DNA of 64,000 bases, taken from the human T2T-CHM13v2.0 reference genome, Homo sapiens. The stretch lies in NCBI RefSeq assembly GCF_009914755.1, contig NC_060929.1, one strand, 5' to 3'. How positions within the stretch are numbered: the first letter of the stretch is position 1; each line of letters opens with the position of its first letter. The notes beneath the pieces were generated by a model. That model was not told the DNA's origin. It did no database searches and saw only the letters and a list, made by a program, of their open reading frames with translations. The position numbers and the translations under genes are program-made. Of the stretch, positions 46,904-63,128 are shown one piece after another.

Positions 46904-47785
46904 CTCCTTAGCTTTCAAATACAAGCAGTTATCCTCAGTTGCAATCCCAGCTAAACCCAACTCTGCTCTTCCCAACCTTCTATCAAAGATTTCCATTGTT
47001 GATGGAAAAGGGTCCAAATTATTAACTCTGTGAGACCTGGCATCTACCGATCCCTTCACGCTCTTGCTCTTGCCTCTCTGGTCATTCTGAATTGCTTGTT
47101 TCCCTTGCATCATGTTCTCTCACTCTTTCTGTGCCTTTCCTAGAACACCCTCTGCTTTTGCACCTCTCCTGCCCCAATCTCCACCTTTCAGAACTCAGGC
47201 CTGACATATTTCCTTCTGAGGGCCTGGGCCTGGTCCCTCCTCTGCATGCTTCTGTCATTGCACTTAACAGCAATGCATTTCAACTTTCTCTTCCAGTTAC
47301 ACTGTAAATTCTTCAAATGCAGGGACCTTAGTTTTCATCTGTTTTCCCTTTGCCTGGTGCATGCCTGTGCTCAATAAATATTTGTTTAAATGTAGCCATG
47401 TAAAACTAATGCTAAAATTCCAACATGTCCGTTTAACAAGACCCATATTTGTATGATATTATGAGTAACAAAGAGCTTCCTTATACTCCAAATTATTTAA
47501 TCCTTGCAAATATCCTGTAATTGAGGCCTTGCTATCCCCATTTTTGCAGATTAGGAAATCAAGATGTTGAAAGCTTAAATCATCTATTCAAGATCACAGG
47601 GCTTGTCAGTTGCAAACCTAAGCTCAGGTTTTCTGTCTCCCAGGTTTGCCATCCATGTGACCTTACCTCAACACCCTCCAGATTCTTTTGTGGCCCTAGT
47701 CTAAAGGGTTTGCACCTTTGTATAATAAAGCCATGTGAGCCTCTTAGAAAGGGATCTCAAAAGTATTTTAAGAATTTGATTTATG

Positions 47786-48590
<805 letters not shown>

Positions 48591-50297
48591 TCAATTGATC
48601 CTGGATCCTGTCGGAGCCAGAGGCACCTTGGCTGGACAAAATAACAAAGTAAAGGAGCCTTACAGGCACCTTGATTAAAAGACTGAGCAGCCGTTTCATC
48701 TTCTCTGAGGCCGGGGCTGGGAGGAAGAGGCTTCCGTGGCTACATTAGGCAGAACTTTCTGTGTAATGTACGTGATGAGAACCACTACACAGGCTGAGCA
48801 TGTGCTAAGGGTACAACAAAGCAGGAGGAAAAATTGAAAGGTTAAAAAGAAGAATATTATATATTTTTTAAAGCATGACAAGTAAAATAGAGGTTTATTA
48901 GACTTCCTTACACTTGCTGTATGGATTAGTATTTTTATTTTAAATCACATATGGAGGGCACCATGTGGTTGGGCCTTTCCTGGCAGTCTTAATCCTGTTC
49001 TAGTTGGATCCCTAACTAACAACAGGCTGTCTCAAGTTACTCTCTCCACAACCCTAGTCTGCCATCACAGCATCTCCGGGGCCTGTTTGAAGAGGATGCT
49101 CAGGGAACCTGGGATTTAGCCCCCAAAGTGTCATTGCCTCTTCTTGTTCCACCTCCATCTCACCAGGCTGGGAGTTCCAAAGTCCATCTGCGGCTGTCAG
49201 CTTTCTGCCATAGACACATATCCTCCTTCTGCCCAATTTCCTTAAAGCACAGGAGCTGCAATTAGGTACTAATTTTCACAGCTGGGACATAGATGCAAGT
49301 AGTATCAGGACTTCCTTCTCTTGCAGGATCCATGGGACGATGCTGTGTGCATACTAGTTAAATAGACATGCCTATTAGTGCAGTTTATTTTTTTATTAAT
49401 CAGCTCAAAATAAGCTTTATAAACCTTTAGGCTTTGGGTTTTATAAACTTTAGGTTTATAAAGCTAATATTGAGCTAAATGTTTATATTGAACTAAAGGT
49501 TTATATTGCAGCAACAATGACTGTGCTCAGAAAAGGAATAGCTAAATGTTTAGTTTCTCTTGGAGAGCTGAGTCCCAGAAATTATATAAAGCAACACCTT
49601 CACTTTACCAATGAGAAGCTGACATCTAGAGAAAATAACTGATTTTATTTACCTCTTTCCTCCCCAAGAGAGTATCAAAATTAATTTATACATTCAGGCC
49701 ATTGAGACTTTCAGCAGCTTGACTGGTCACCCAAAGACCAGTGCTTTGAAGTGAAAGATTTGGGTAAAACGAAAAAGCCGAGGAGTGAAGAAATCTGTGT
49801 TCTGATCCTATTCTGTAGATCTTCTAACTTTCATTTAAATGGTTATTTAACTTTCCTGGGTCTCGTGGATGACGTGAGGATTGCATTTGATGCAGCTAAG
49901 GTCTCTGTTTCTGCTGTTCCATGAGGCAGTATCTCTAGGTGTTGGAGTCACCTCCTAGGCCCAGGTTGCCCTGGGTCATGAGGCTTGCGTCTTCTAGAAC
50001 AGCAAGCAGCAGAGCTCTGCTCACCCAGACCAGGCCAGAGGCAGGAATCTCTGCCCCATAAGCTTAGATACAGGAAATGGGAAGGGAGTTGGTGGTTCAT
50101 GGGGATGTTCATATCTGTGTAGGTACCAATTGTTCCCAGGCACATATGGAAGTCTGTTAATAAAAATGATATATTTTAAAATTTGATTTAGAGTGTTACT
50201 AGTTCTAAAAATGTAAAAGTACACTAGGTAGTGAAGAGGAAAATGGGAGGATAACGTGTGGTCTCCATTTCAGTTTAGGATTGTCTCTGTCTTGTAG

Positions 50298-50463
50298 ATG
50301 GAAGTCAACTTCGCTAAGAACCGTAAGGATAAAAACCAAACGTACAACCTCACGGGGCTGCAGCCTTTTACAGAATATGTCATAGCTCTGCGATGTGCGG
50401 TCAAGGAGTCAAAGTTCTGGAGTGACTGGAGCCAAGAAAAAATGGGAATGACTGAGGAAGAAG
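50298..50463 (+). CDS. IL31RA: IL31RA exon 6 with WSXWS motif (WSDWS at 50418-50432)
   Basis: Acceptor cttgtag ending 50297; MEVNFAKNRKDK...KFWSDWSQEKMGMTEEE. Frame continuity with exon 7 (G+CT=Ala) requires the non-canonical donor AAG|GCAAGC at 50464. Confidence 0.96.
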
Positions 50464-50507
50464 GCAAGCTACTCCCTGCGATTCCCGTCCTGTCTGCTCT
50501 GGTGTAG
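50464..50507 (+). CDS. IL31RA: Exon 6 read-through C-terminus (GKLLPAIPVLSALV*) of a predicted soluble IL31RA isoform
   Basis: Open frame past the GC donor to TAG at 50505-50507, with polyA signals downstream at 51031-51082. Confidence 0.65.
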
Positions 50508-50656
50508 GGCTGCTTTGGGCTAGACTTGGTGGGGTTTGTCACCACCTGGTTGGGAATCATGGAATCTCATGACCCCAGGGGCCCCCTGTACCATCGAGAG
50601 TGAGCCTGCACAACTTTGTGCCCCAAAGGCAAAGGATCACATTTTAATACTCATGA

Positions 50657-50998
<342 letters not shown>

Positions 50999-51030
50999 GT
51001 ATCATATCATCTGAAGGTATCCTGTGATAA

Positions 51031-51082
51031 ATTAAAGATACATATTGTGAATCCTGGAGCTACTACTCAAAAAATAAATAAA
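51031..51082 (+). terminator. Intronic polyadenylation signals (ATTAAA 51031-51036; overlapping AATAAA 51073-51078 and 51077-51082)
   Basis: Hexamers are seen directly ~530-570 nt after the read-through stop; their use is inferred. Confidence 0.45.
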
Positions 51083-51637
51083 GGTGTAACTAATACAATT
51101 TAAAAAATCACATTTTTAATGACAGTGAGGAAAGGAAAGAGGCATGGATTGCAGGTTGATGGAGTGCTTACTAAGTGTCAGTATGGTCATTAAGAGCAAC
51201 GCTTCCAGTCAGTGGCCTTGGCTTAAATCCCAAGCCAGGTGTCTTTGGGCAAGATACCTAAACTCTCAGTTCATTCTCAGCAGTTTCCTCGCATTTATTC
51301 CCCTTTTCTATATTGAAATAGAATATGTAAGTTGAGTTTATAGTAGTACCTATTTTTTAGTATTATTTTAAAGATTAAATGAAATAATGTGTTTAGCCCA
51401 TAGTAGATATTCACTAACTGCTAGACTTCCTATTCTTATTATTTATCCTCCTACTATTATTTTTAATCCTCCTTAAAGCACTATAAAATATGTAGAGTCA
51501 CTCCCATTTTGGAAATGAGGAAACTGAGTTTCAGAGATGCTAATAAACAGCTCAGGGTCACTCAGCATGTGTTACTTTTCTCAAGAGCCTTGCCCAGAGT
51601 CTGACCCTCAGTGGACGATCAATAAATGTGTGATGAA

Positions 51638-52443
<806 letters not shown>

Positions 52444-54141
52444 GTAAATGAATGACTAATTGGATGAATACTTGGTGATGGCCACACATCTTCTTCTGAA
52501 TGATGGACAAGAAATTTTAAAATGCCCACCCTTCTAACCTTCCTCTGAGGCTTTAACCTTATTTATTTATAAGGGATGTGAGTTTTAGAATATGAACTCC
52601 CCCCATGGCCATGATTTCAGGCCTCATGATTTCAGGTGGTTTAGGGATACCCATATTGTAATAGAAAATTAGATTTCAGTCTCATACCCAAGTTGCAGAC
52701 TGGTCTCAGATAACATCTGGGGTCAACTTCTGTGCTACCTCATCCACACAATAATGATTTATTCCTTTGGATCCTGGTTGAGTTTCCAGTATTAACACTA
52801 GTATTAACAGATGTTTGGTGCATTCACCACTATGGTCAGATGCCTGGAACCAATTTGATGCCTTCTGAATTTTGTGTTCCCCACTGGAGATGTTCATGCA
52901 GTATCATTTAGCAAATAGTTCTCTTCCTTTGCCTCACTTTTCAGCAGGCAAGCTGATGATTAAGTGCTCCCTTGGGTGCCATTGTGTTTTGCCTAGCTCT
53001 TCCCCTGCCATGGCTGTCACTCTTCTTTCTAGTGACCTCCTGGTGCCATCGTGGCTCAGAGTCTCAAGCTTATCACAGACCAGCCAGTCCCTCGTGTCAG
53101 TTTTCTCAGCTTGTTTTGCTGCCAGAAAAAAAGATTTGCTATTTCATCTGATTTATTAGTTCAGCTAGCTTGATTTAATTAGCAAACACTTATTTATCAA
53201 AGTCACCACTAGAGAACTTTTGCTTTTGTCCTTCTTCATTTTTTCAGGATCCCAGAAGAAACTGATTAAAATGCACCCCCCAGCCAATCCTCATTTCTTG
53301 TTTTCAAATTTATAAAGCGTGTGTTTTCCTATTTCAATGAAATGCCATTTGTTTAATGCGTACCACTTCAAACCTCTCTAATTGTTTCAAAACATGTATT
53401 CTAAGTTGAATGTGAAGCACTGCCTATTTTATTTTGGATTTCAATATATTGATTATTAGAGTTACTTACCTATATTTAGGCATTTAAATATCTACTCACT
53501 ACATGATACAGAAATAATTTGATTCAAATCCTGGCTTTATTTCTTAAACGCTTATGATATTGAATACCTGCTTAATTTCTCTGTGCTTCAGAAATGATGA
53601 TTAGTAACATTATTGCTGTATCTGATTACAGGGCTGTGGGCATTAAATGAGAAAATTCAGAGAAACTGACACTTGCTAAGAGCTAGCTTGTATTATTGTT
53701 GGTCTCTAGCAGGGGCACCTGCACATGTCTAACTGCTGCTGGTTGTGGGGATGCCCATACTGTCATAGAAATGGTATAGCATCAATTGTTGCTGCATCAG
53801 TCCAGACAATTGATGCCTTTGAATATGTAGACATTTTGGTTGATTTGGAAAATTTTAATTTTTTTTTCAGAGTCCTTACATTTCCCCCTTTGATTAAACT
53901 GAAAATCCATGATCAATTTACGGTTAATGGAAAGCTGGCTATAATAACTATAGAAGACTTACATGGTAGTGAGGCAGCAGTTTCACTAACAGCTGCATCT
54001 GTGGGAAGTCTATACTGAGAAGACTGTCTCTCTTTGGACCATATTTGCAGGAAATAGTGGCCTCAATGAAAGAAGAAAATATCAATTTAAACTCATTTAT
54101 TATTACCATCTACAAAAACAAAATGGCTGCCTATGAGATAA

Positions 54142-54318
<177 letters not shown>

Positions 54319-54980
54319 TAAATCCAAGAAGAATTTCACTCATATTTCTAGTCAAGTGCCTGGAATGATTATTTAATAATCAGTTTAGCTTTGCCTGTAT
54401 CTATCCTTGAGATGAATATTTAGGACTGGGTAGTAATGAACACCTTGTCTTTAGATTTTTTTTTTTTTCTTACTCTCAATATTACTGGCCTTAAGTTTGA
54501 CTCTCCACATGATTGGAACAGAGAGATTCTGCACGTGAGAGATGGAGTAAAGGTCCCTCTAATCCTGCGGGTTTCCTTGGAAGGTCTAATGACTTTGTAG
54601 TCCTGTACAAAGGCTGTCTTCTGGGAGGAACTTGGCCACTGCTTACATCTCACTGGCTTGTAGACAGGGTGAAACCAGCCTGTTGCTTCCTGTCTGAGAA
54701 ATTTGAGTACCGGCTGTCCTGTCTTATGATTCAATAAAAGCCTTTGAGAAATCAGAAAACTCATGGCAGAGCTTTTGAGACAACACCTCAGTGGGATTCA
54801 GATGAAATAATATGTAAAGTCAACACAGTTCAATATCCTTATAAGCAATTCTAATGGAATTGCATTTATCTCATTGGGAGATCCTGGGCCTAACAGCTAG
54901 ACTGTGTTAACTAGACTTTGGCTTCTGCAAGAGTAGTTGTAGAAGTGTGACTCTCCATTAAAGGCAAAACAAGTTATTAA

Positions 54981-55361
<381 letters not shown>

Positions 55362-56681
55362 TAAGATATCCAATCACCTACAGTTTAAAAGATCCCTGAA
55401 GACAATCTCTTACTTCTAAAAAATAGTTTAGATATTGGTCTGAGTGGTAGACTCATTCTTTGTGGACCTAATTACATTATCTCCAGCCATGCTACTTCCT
55501 CAAGAAAAAATTCAGAGTGCAACTACTGCAGCTTTGACTAGGGACATTTACTCTCTTCTCCAAATCGTGGGCCGCTAGCCGTCTCGACATTTGTTTAGAA
55601 CTCTCTGCTTTCCTCTCATGGCTAAGGTGGGTGGGTCGTTCTCTAATCAGTAGCTCAGCATTTTGATATTTCAGGTGCATGTCAGGGCATTCAACTATAA
55701 ATTGCCAGTGAGCCATCTCCTGACAAAACTTGCTTGAGACAGGATATTTGAGAGATACAGTCCAGAAATCAAGTGAAATGTAAATTCCTTGTTTTTTGTT
55801 TCATCCCTATATGGTTAGATCATCAGAAGCCTGTACACTTGGACTATTGTCTCAGACTGTGTTGTTTACTGGAAAAAGGCATGTGTCAGGATTTATGCCC
55901 TGGCTATTTATAGAAAACAGCTATGAAAAATGCACATATATGATATTTCTGTGCTTTTGCTCTATTGGGATTACAGATATTGGCTTTTACGTTACTCTCT
56001 GTCCTTTTTGAAAAGATCCACGTGATAAATTCCATTTATGATTTCAGTGTTCGTAACCAGAAAATAGTTTCCCTTCATATGAATTTCTAGGTTTCCTTTT
56101 TATTGGGCCATGGGAAATAGGCACCTCAATGTGATTCTTTTTTATTTTGGGAAAACCAGCGTTAAATTTAGAGCTCAAGGAGGGACCTAGTGAAGCTTAT
56201 TGTCTTATTCCTTTGTCATTTAATTTTTTCTTTTATTTTATAACATCTCAAGTATGTGGTTTTATTTTTTTGGAAGTAGACTTGGTATAAATTGTATATA
56301 CATATATCTCCTTGTGAGTTATCTGTGTCATTCCCAGCTATAATATATATGTTAGATCTAGAGGACATTAGATAGTCACATTTTGATCTAGATTTGGGTG
56401 ACAAATTATATTACAATGGGGCCTATTATACTTTTCCTTTATCTTACATTAAATCATCAGACTCAAGAGCAGTTTTATTTTTTTATCTTTGGTTGATTCC
56501 AGTTCCTTGACCACAAAATGAAGACATCTTTGGTCATTGCAAAGCTGCCATCCCTCCACTCCTCACCTTATTCCCAATGGCTCCCTCAAGCAAATCCTTC
56601 CCAACTGCCCAGCTAACCTTTCCTGTCTCCTCTGCAACTCCCTTATCTCTGGGTTGAGTACCTCATTCTTGTTCCTTACAG

Positions 56682-56761
56682 CTCCATGTGGCCTGGAACT
56701 GTGGAGAGTCCTGAAACCAGCTGAGGCGGATGGAAGAAGGCCAGTGCGGTTGTTATGGAAG
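56682..56761 (+). CDS. IL31RA: IL31RA exon 7 (APCGLELWRVLKPAEADGRRPVRLLWK)
   Basis: Acceptor ttccttacag ending 56681, donor GTGACC at 56762, 80 nt, gp130-like FNIII start. Confidence 0.95.
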
Positions 56762-56778
56762 GTGACCTCCCTCTGGAT

Positions 56779-57167
56779 TCTTTTTCTCTCTCTTTCTTCC
56801 CCTTCCCTCCTTTCCCTCCCTTCCCTCCCTTCCCTCCCTTCCATCCCTTCCATCCTCCTTCCCTTCCCTTCCCTTCCCTTCCCTCCCCTCCCCTCCCCTC
56901 CCCTCCCTTCCCCCCACCTTCCCCCTCCCCTCCCTTCCCCCACCTTCCCCCTGCCCACTCCCTCCCTCCCCTCCCCGCCTCACCTTTCCCCTCCCCACTC
57001 CCTCCCCTCCCCTCTCCACTCCCCTTCCCCCTCCCCAGTCCCTCCCCTCCCCTCCCCTTCCCTCTCCTTCCCTTCCCTTGCCTTGCCTTGCCTTCCCTTC
57101 CCTTCCCTTCCTTTCTCTATCTCTCTCTCTCTTTCCCTCCCTCCCCACCGCCGCCTTTCTTTCTTTT

Positions 57168-57168
<1 letters not shown>
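56779..57168. repeat. Polypyrimidine (CCCT/CCCTT-rich) tract
   Basis: About 390 nt of nearly pure C/T directly after the exon 7 donor. Confidence 0.97.
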
Positions 57169-57609
<441 letters not shown>

Positions 57610-58926
57610 TAAAAACTGTGATTCTTGAAATTTTACCCCCAGAATTTCCTTCCCTAGAGGGCTTTATGATGCCCCAAATCTCACATTGGTTGGCCAGCTC
57701 AAAAAAGCCCTATAGGTCATCTTGCAGATGGCCCAAACATGCATGACAGACGCTGGTCCCCCTCCTCTTTGGTCTGAAACATTAACATTCGGGGTGGGTA
57801 GAAAGTGAAAGTGCAGGAGGCACCATGACCTTCTGGAGGAAACGATCACTGACCAGCCTCTGCTGGAAGGCAGCGTAAGTCTCCGGAACCCCCCTCCCCA
57901 CCCAGCTGTCTCAGAAGAGCTCTGATCAGGGTCAGCTTGCTGGTGTGTCCTCGAGTCATTGGCAACATATATGGCACATGTGTGTTGAAATAGTGGGGCA
58001 CAAAAACAGAAGAGGGACCACATGGTCCTTCCTAGGGCGGAGGCCTGGGAGTGAGGAACAGGAGAAGTCAGGTGGGGAATGCAGAGAAGAAGAGGGAAGA
58101 GGACCTGAGAGAGGGAAGTGAGAGAAGGAGTAGAAAATGGGGGGACAAGGGAATAAACAGAAAAGGAAAAGGGCAGATGGAGAAAAAAAGAGTGAAAAGA
58201 TGGGGAAGAAGAAGGAAGAGAGGAGTGAGATGCCAGAATTCCTTCGTGTGCCTCCAGAATTCCCAGGAAATGCTCATGATGTTAGCTCATATTTGCTGAA
58301 GTCCAGGCAAGTTCAAAATCCTGTTGAAAATGGAGCAAGTGTCCTGCTTTGCCAGATGACATTCCAATTACCTCAGGGTTGGAGGCTCCCGCACCATCGC
58401 CCACTCCCTCCACACCCGCAGGGCTATGGGACTCCCTGGGTTGCGGAGGCGGTGCTGCCGCCGCATGGGACAACAGCCAGAGATGGCGGGGAATCCTAGA
58501 GAATCAATCCCAGATGCTGTGCTGTCTTTCTCAGCCATCAAGTATGAAAACAAATGATTGTGGCAACACATTTTTGGGGGAGGAAAGCCAACAACCTCAC
58601 ACGCCCACATGTGGTCTTAGCTACATAGCAGTGGCGAAGGGCCAAGTAGGGCAGCTTGCGAAGTAGAGAAGATGGATTTCAGTGCCCGCCTCCTCCCCGT
58701 CGCCTGTTGGGTCTGGTCTTTCTCTCCACACCACCCCCCCGCCCCCCCGCACCTTCAAAAGGAAAGAGCTCTCTAAGAATTTGAGTTGGTTAAAAAAGAA
58801 TGTACTAAAATGCTCTAAAATTAAATAATAGTGATAGTTGCATGACTGAACATACTATTAATAAAAGCCATTGAACTCACATTAAAACAGTGAATTTTAT
58901 GGAATGTGAATTGTATCTCAATTTTT

Positions 58927-59145
58927 ATTATTTTAAAAAGAATGTTATTTTAAAAAGTTATTTAAAATGTTAATATGTTATTTTAAAAAGATTTTAAATA
59001 ACATATTAATATGTTATTTTAAAAAGATTTTAAATAACATATTAATGTTATTTTAAAAAGATTTTAAATAACATATTAATATGTTATTTTAAAAAGATTT
59101 TAAATAACATATTAATATGTTATTTAAAAAGAATATGTGTTATTT
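58927..59145. repeat. AT-rich 36-bp minisatellite, ~4 copies plus degenerate flanks
   Basis: Unit TTATTTTAAAAAGATTTTAAATAACATATTAATATG at 58978, 59014 (34 bp), 59048 and 59084. Confidence 0.93.
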
Positions 59146-59158
59146 AAAAAAGAAAATG

Positions 59159-59516
<358 letters not shown>

Positions 59517-60330
59517 CTAGCTGACCTTTTATGCCTAGACATAAAAGTAAAGGAAATTCCTGAACTGGGAAGGCAGTGGGACGAAGTGCTTGCTAAAGTC
59601 CCACTTATAAGTCCTGGACTTATATTCAGGCATTACGCTCCATCTATGTGTATAATCAGTAACAGAAGGGGAAGCCCTATAAATTCTGGGAAATACTGTC
59701 TCCTAGGCAAATGTCTGGTGAGTGGGCCCAAGTTCAAGGCTGAAAATAAGAGTTTAGCTTAAAGTCCTCAGGATTCCACCTTAAACTTCTCGCCAAGGGT
59801 TTGGGACTGGCAGTGCGGCCCTCTTAGCTAGGACGCCTGGCTGGGGCGCCTGGTCCAGGGAAGCTGGCTCCCTTCTCAGAGGGAGAGGCATGGAAATAAA
59901 AGACTAGGGCATAGGGTACTCTCCAACCTTTGGATACTCCAGGCAAGAGATGACTCAGAGCCAGACCAGACTTTGGATGGGCTGAGAGGGAATGTGTCAG
60001 CTTTTTAGCCCTTACTCCTTTACACGAGTGGGATGGAGCGAAAGATACAGGCAGAAGGAAATAAGGGTGGCTTGTTTACATTGTTTTGGGCATTCTTCTA
60101 GTTTAGCCTCATGGAATTAGATGAAATTTAGTAAATCCCCTCTTCTGGCACTTGAAGTGTTACTATCACAGCCCAGGATCTTATTCATCCCTGGAGGGTA
60201 ATTACCTGATTGTAGTTTAGTATCTAATAGTTAGCCTTATTCCCCACCCTCACCCCCACCGCTTCTCACTGTCTCAATGCCTTTCTTTTTCTTTGTTATT
60301 GGCAATAAATTTTGTTTTCTTTGGGTTCAG

Positions 60331-60547
60331 AAGGCAAGAGGAGCCCCAGTCCTAGAGAAAACACTTGGCTACAACATATGGTACTATCCAGAAAGCAACA
60401 CTAACCTCACAGAAACAATGAACACTACTAACCAGCAGCTTGAACTGCATCTGGGAGGCGAGAGCTTTTGGGTGTCTATGATTTCTTATAATTCTCTTGG
60501 GAAGTCTCCAGTGGCCACCCTGAGGATTCCAGCTATTCAAGAAAAAT
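60331..60547 (+). CDS. IL31RA: IL31RA exon 8 (KARGAPVLEKTLGYNIWYY...TLRIPAIQEK)
   Basis: Acceptor gttcag ending 60330, donor GTAAGT at 60548, 217 nt; inside ORF 60277..60555. Confidence 0.96.
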
Positions 60548-61789
60548 GTAAGTAGAGCATCAACTTCTTCCTTAGGTGCCTGGTCCCATCAATTGGCCAA
60601 GGAGCAGTCCCTGTGCTCTCAAGGGTGGCTGTTTCTCTTGAGTCAAAATGAAAATGGAGTGGGAACCTTTTAGGTTGTGGTGAAGCAATGAGAATTTGCT
60701 GGTAATTAATGAATCACTTGAAGTCATGTTCCTTTGGAACAAAGCCTGCGTTAAAAATCAGAGACTTTATAAATTACAGAATACAAAGCCATACACCTAG
60801 AAGTTCTGTGTGCAGCTTTGATTTGTTCTGGTCTGGGTGAATGTAAGCTGGGTCAAGTCCTGTGAAACTGTCCTATTTCTCACATTTGTCCTCCGTGACC
60901 GAAGCTGCCCTTGAACTCTTCTCCCCACAAATGGGTACTCACCACATCCCCATCCTTGGTTTAATGCTTGCTGTCCTGTTTTCTTCCTTTTCCCCTTCCA
61001 TTTGTCACTATGGAAAAATTCTAGTGTTTATACTTGCCAATAAATTGTTCATTACACTTTTGGTTAAGTAGTTTTTGACATATTACTGCTCCCAGGCAAA
61101 CTCATATTTATCCTGTTTTGGAATAAAAAACTTTCATTCAAAGAATTGCAGACAATAGATTTCCTCTTTTCTCTCTTATTTTTCTCTTTCAAACTTAGTA
61201 CTATCCCTTATTCTATAAATTATCTTATTTATTTTACTACCTTTTTCTTCCTCAATAGGATGTAAATGCCATGAAGGCAGTGATTTTTTGTCTGTTTTCC
61301 TTTCTTTTTTTTAACCTAATTCCCAACACTTAAAATAGCATAGAGCAGTTGGCATAGAGCAGGTGTGCAGTAACTATTTGTGGAAACATATCATAGTCAG
61401 GAATGTTCTCTCCAATTCACCACCTTTCTCTATTTGCTTACACCTAGACTGGTTCAGACATTTACACAACCAGTTCTAGAATTCTCTGCCTGTGCTGCCT
61501 TCCATCTCTTCTCCTTAAACCCTCATTTTATAATTCCTAGATATTTATATTTTTGTATTTTGAGCTACACTTGATATTATTTTAGTTAGCATTTAATAGT
61601 ACTCCCTGTAGTCCTCATTTCCTGACATCCTAGTTCCCGCCTGTCCAACACCCTAGTGATGAAGTTCCTGACAAATGCACGTGTCATTGGGGCACACATT
61701 CTTTATTAATAGAGGTGCTGTTGAATAGTAACCTCAGTTTCCCAGTGTGGCCCCAGGATGGGAGGTGGTAAAGAATAGGGTATAAAAGC

Positions 61790-61985
61790 ATGGGCTTTGG
61801 AGTCCAGCAGCCCCGGGTTCAAATCTTTGCTCTTCCACAAGATACCATTAACCTTGGGCAAGTTACCTAACTTCTCTGAAGATTAGCTACTCGTAAAATG
61901 GAGCTATTATATAATAATACCTACCTCACAGAGCTGTAGTGAAGATTAAATGAGATCATGTATGTAAAATGCTTTGTCTGGTGCT
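61790..61985 (+). mobile_element. MIR
   Basis: gggctttggagtccagcagccccgggttcaaatc...accttgggcaagttacctaac...gaagattaaatgagat. Confidence 0.8.
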
Positions 61986-61999
61986 AATTATTACTATTG

Positions 62000-62354
<355 letters not shown>

Positions 62355-62496
62355 TGATCAAATTTCTGTTAGACACAGATTATCGACTTTAAAAATATTA
62401 TAAAATACACTTTAAAGTTATGCTAAATTCACTTAGGTTTTTTTTGGCTTTGTGTCAGATACGACTGTGTGATCATCAATTATAAGGGTCCTAGAT

Positions 62497-62730
62497 CAGG
62501 TATTGGCACACTGCAGCTTGCAGGTTAAATCTGGTTGGACACTTGTTATTGTAAATGAAGTTTCACTCTAACACAACCACACATATTTGCTCACATATTA
62601 TTTATGGCTTCTTTTGTGCAACGGTGGCTAAGTTGAATAGTTATGACAGAGACGACCTAGCCCACAAAACCTAAAATCTAAAATATTTGCTATCTGGCTC
62701 TTTACAGAGAAACTTTACAGATGCTAGTCC
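62497..62730. mobile_element. MER58A-like hAT-Charlie
   Basis: caggtattggcacact...ctaaaatatttgctatctggctctttacagagaaa. Confidence 0.65.
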
Positions 62731-62755
62731 CAGACATAAAAGAAAATAATGTTCT

Positions 62756-63128
<373 letters not shown>

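Noticed and set aside
58474-58492. Possible CTCF site (cagccagagatggcgggg)
   Set aside because: Only the 3' half matches the CCASYAGRKGGC core; too weak to call.
58927-59145. 36-bp palindromic repeats superficially resembling a CRISPR array
   Set aside because: Repeats are contiguous with no unique spacers, there are no cas genes, and the context is a human intron; it is a minisatellite.
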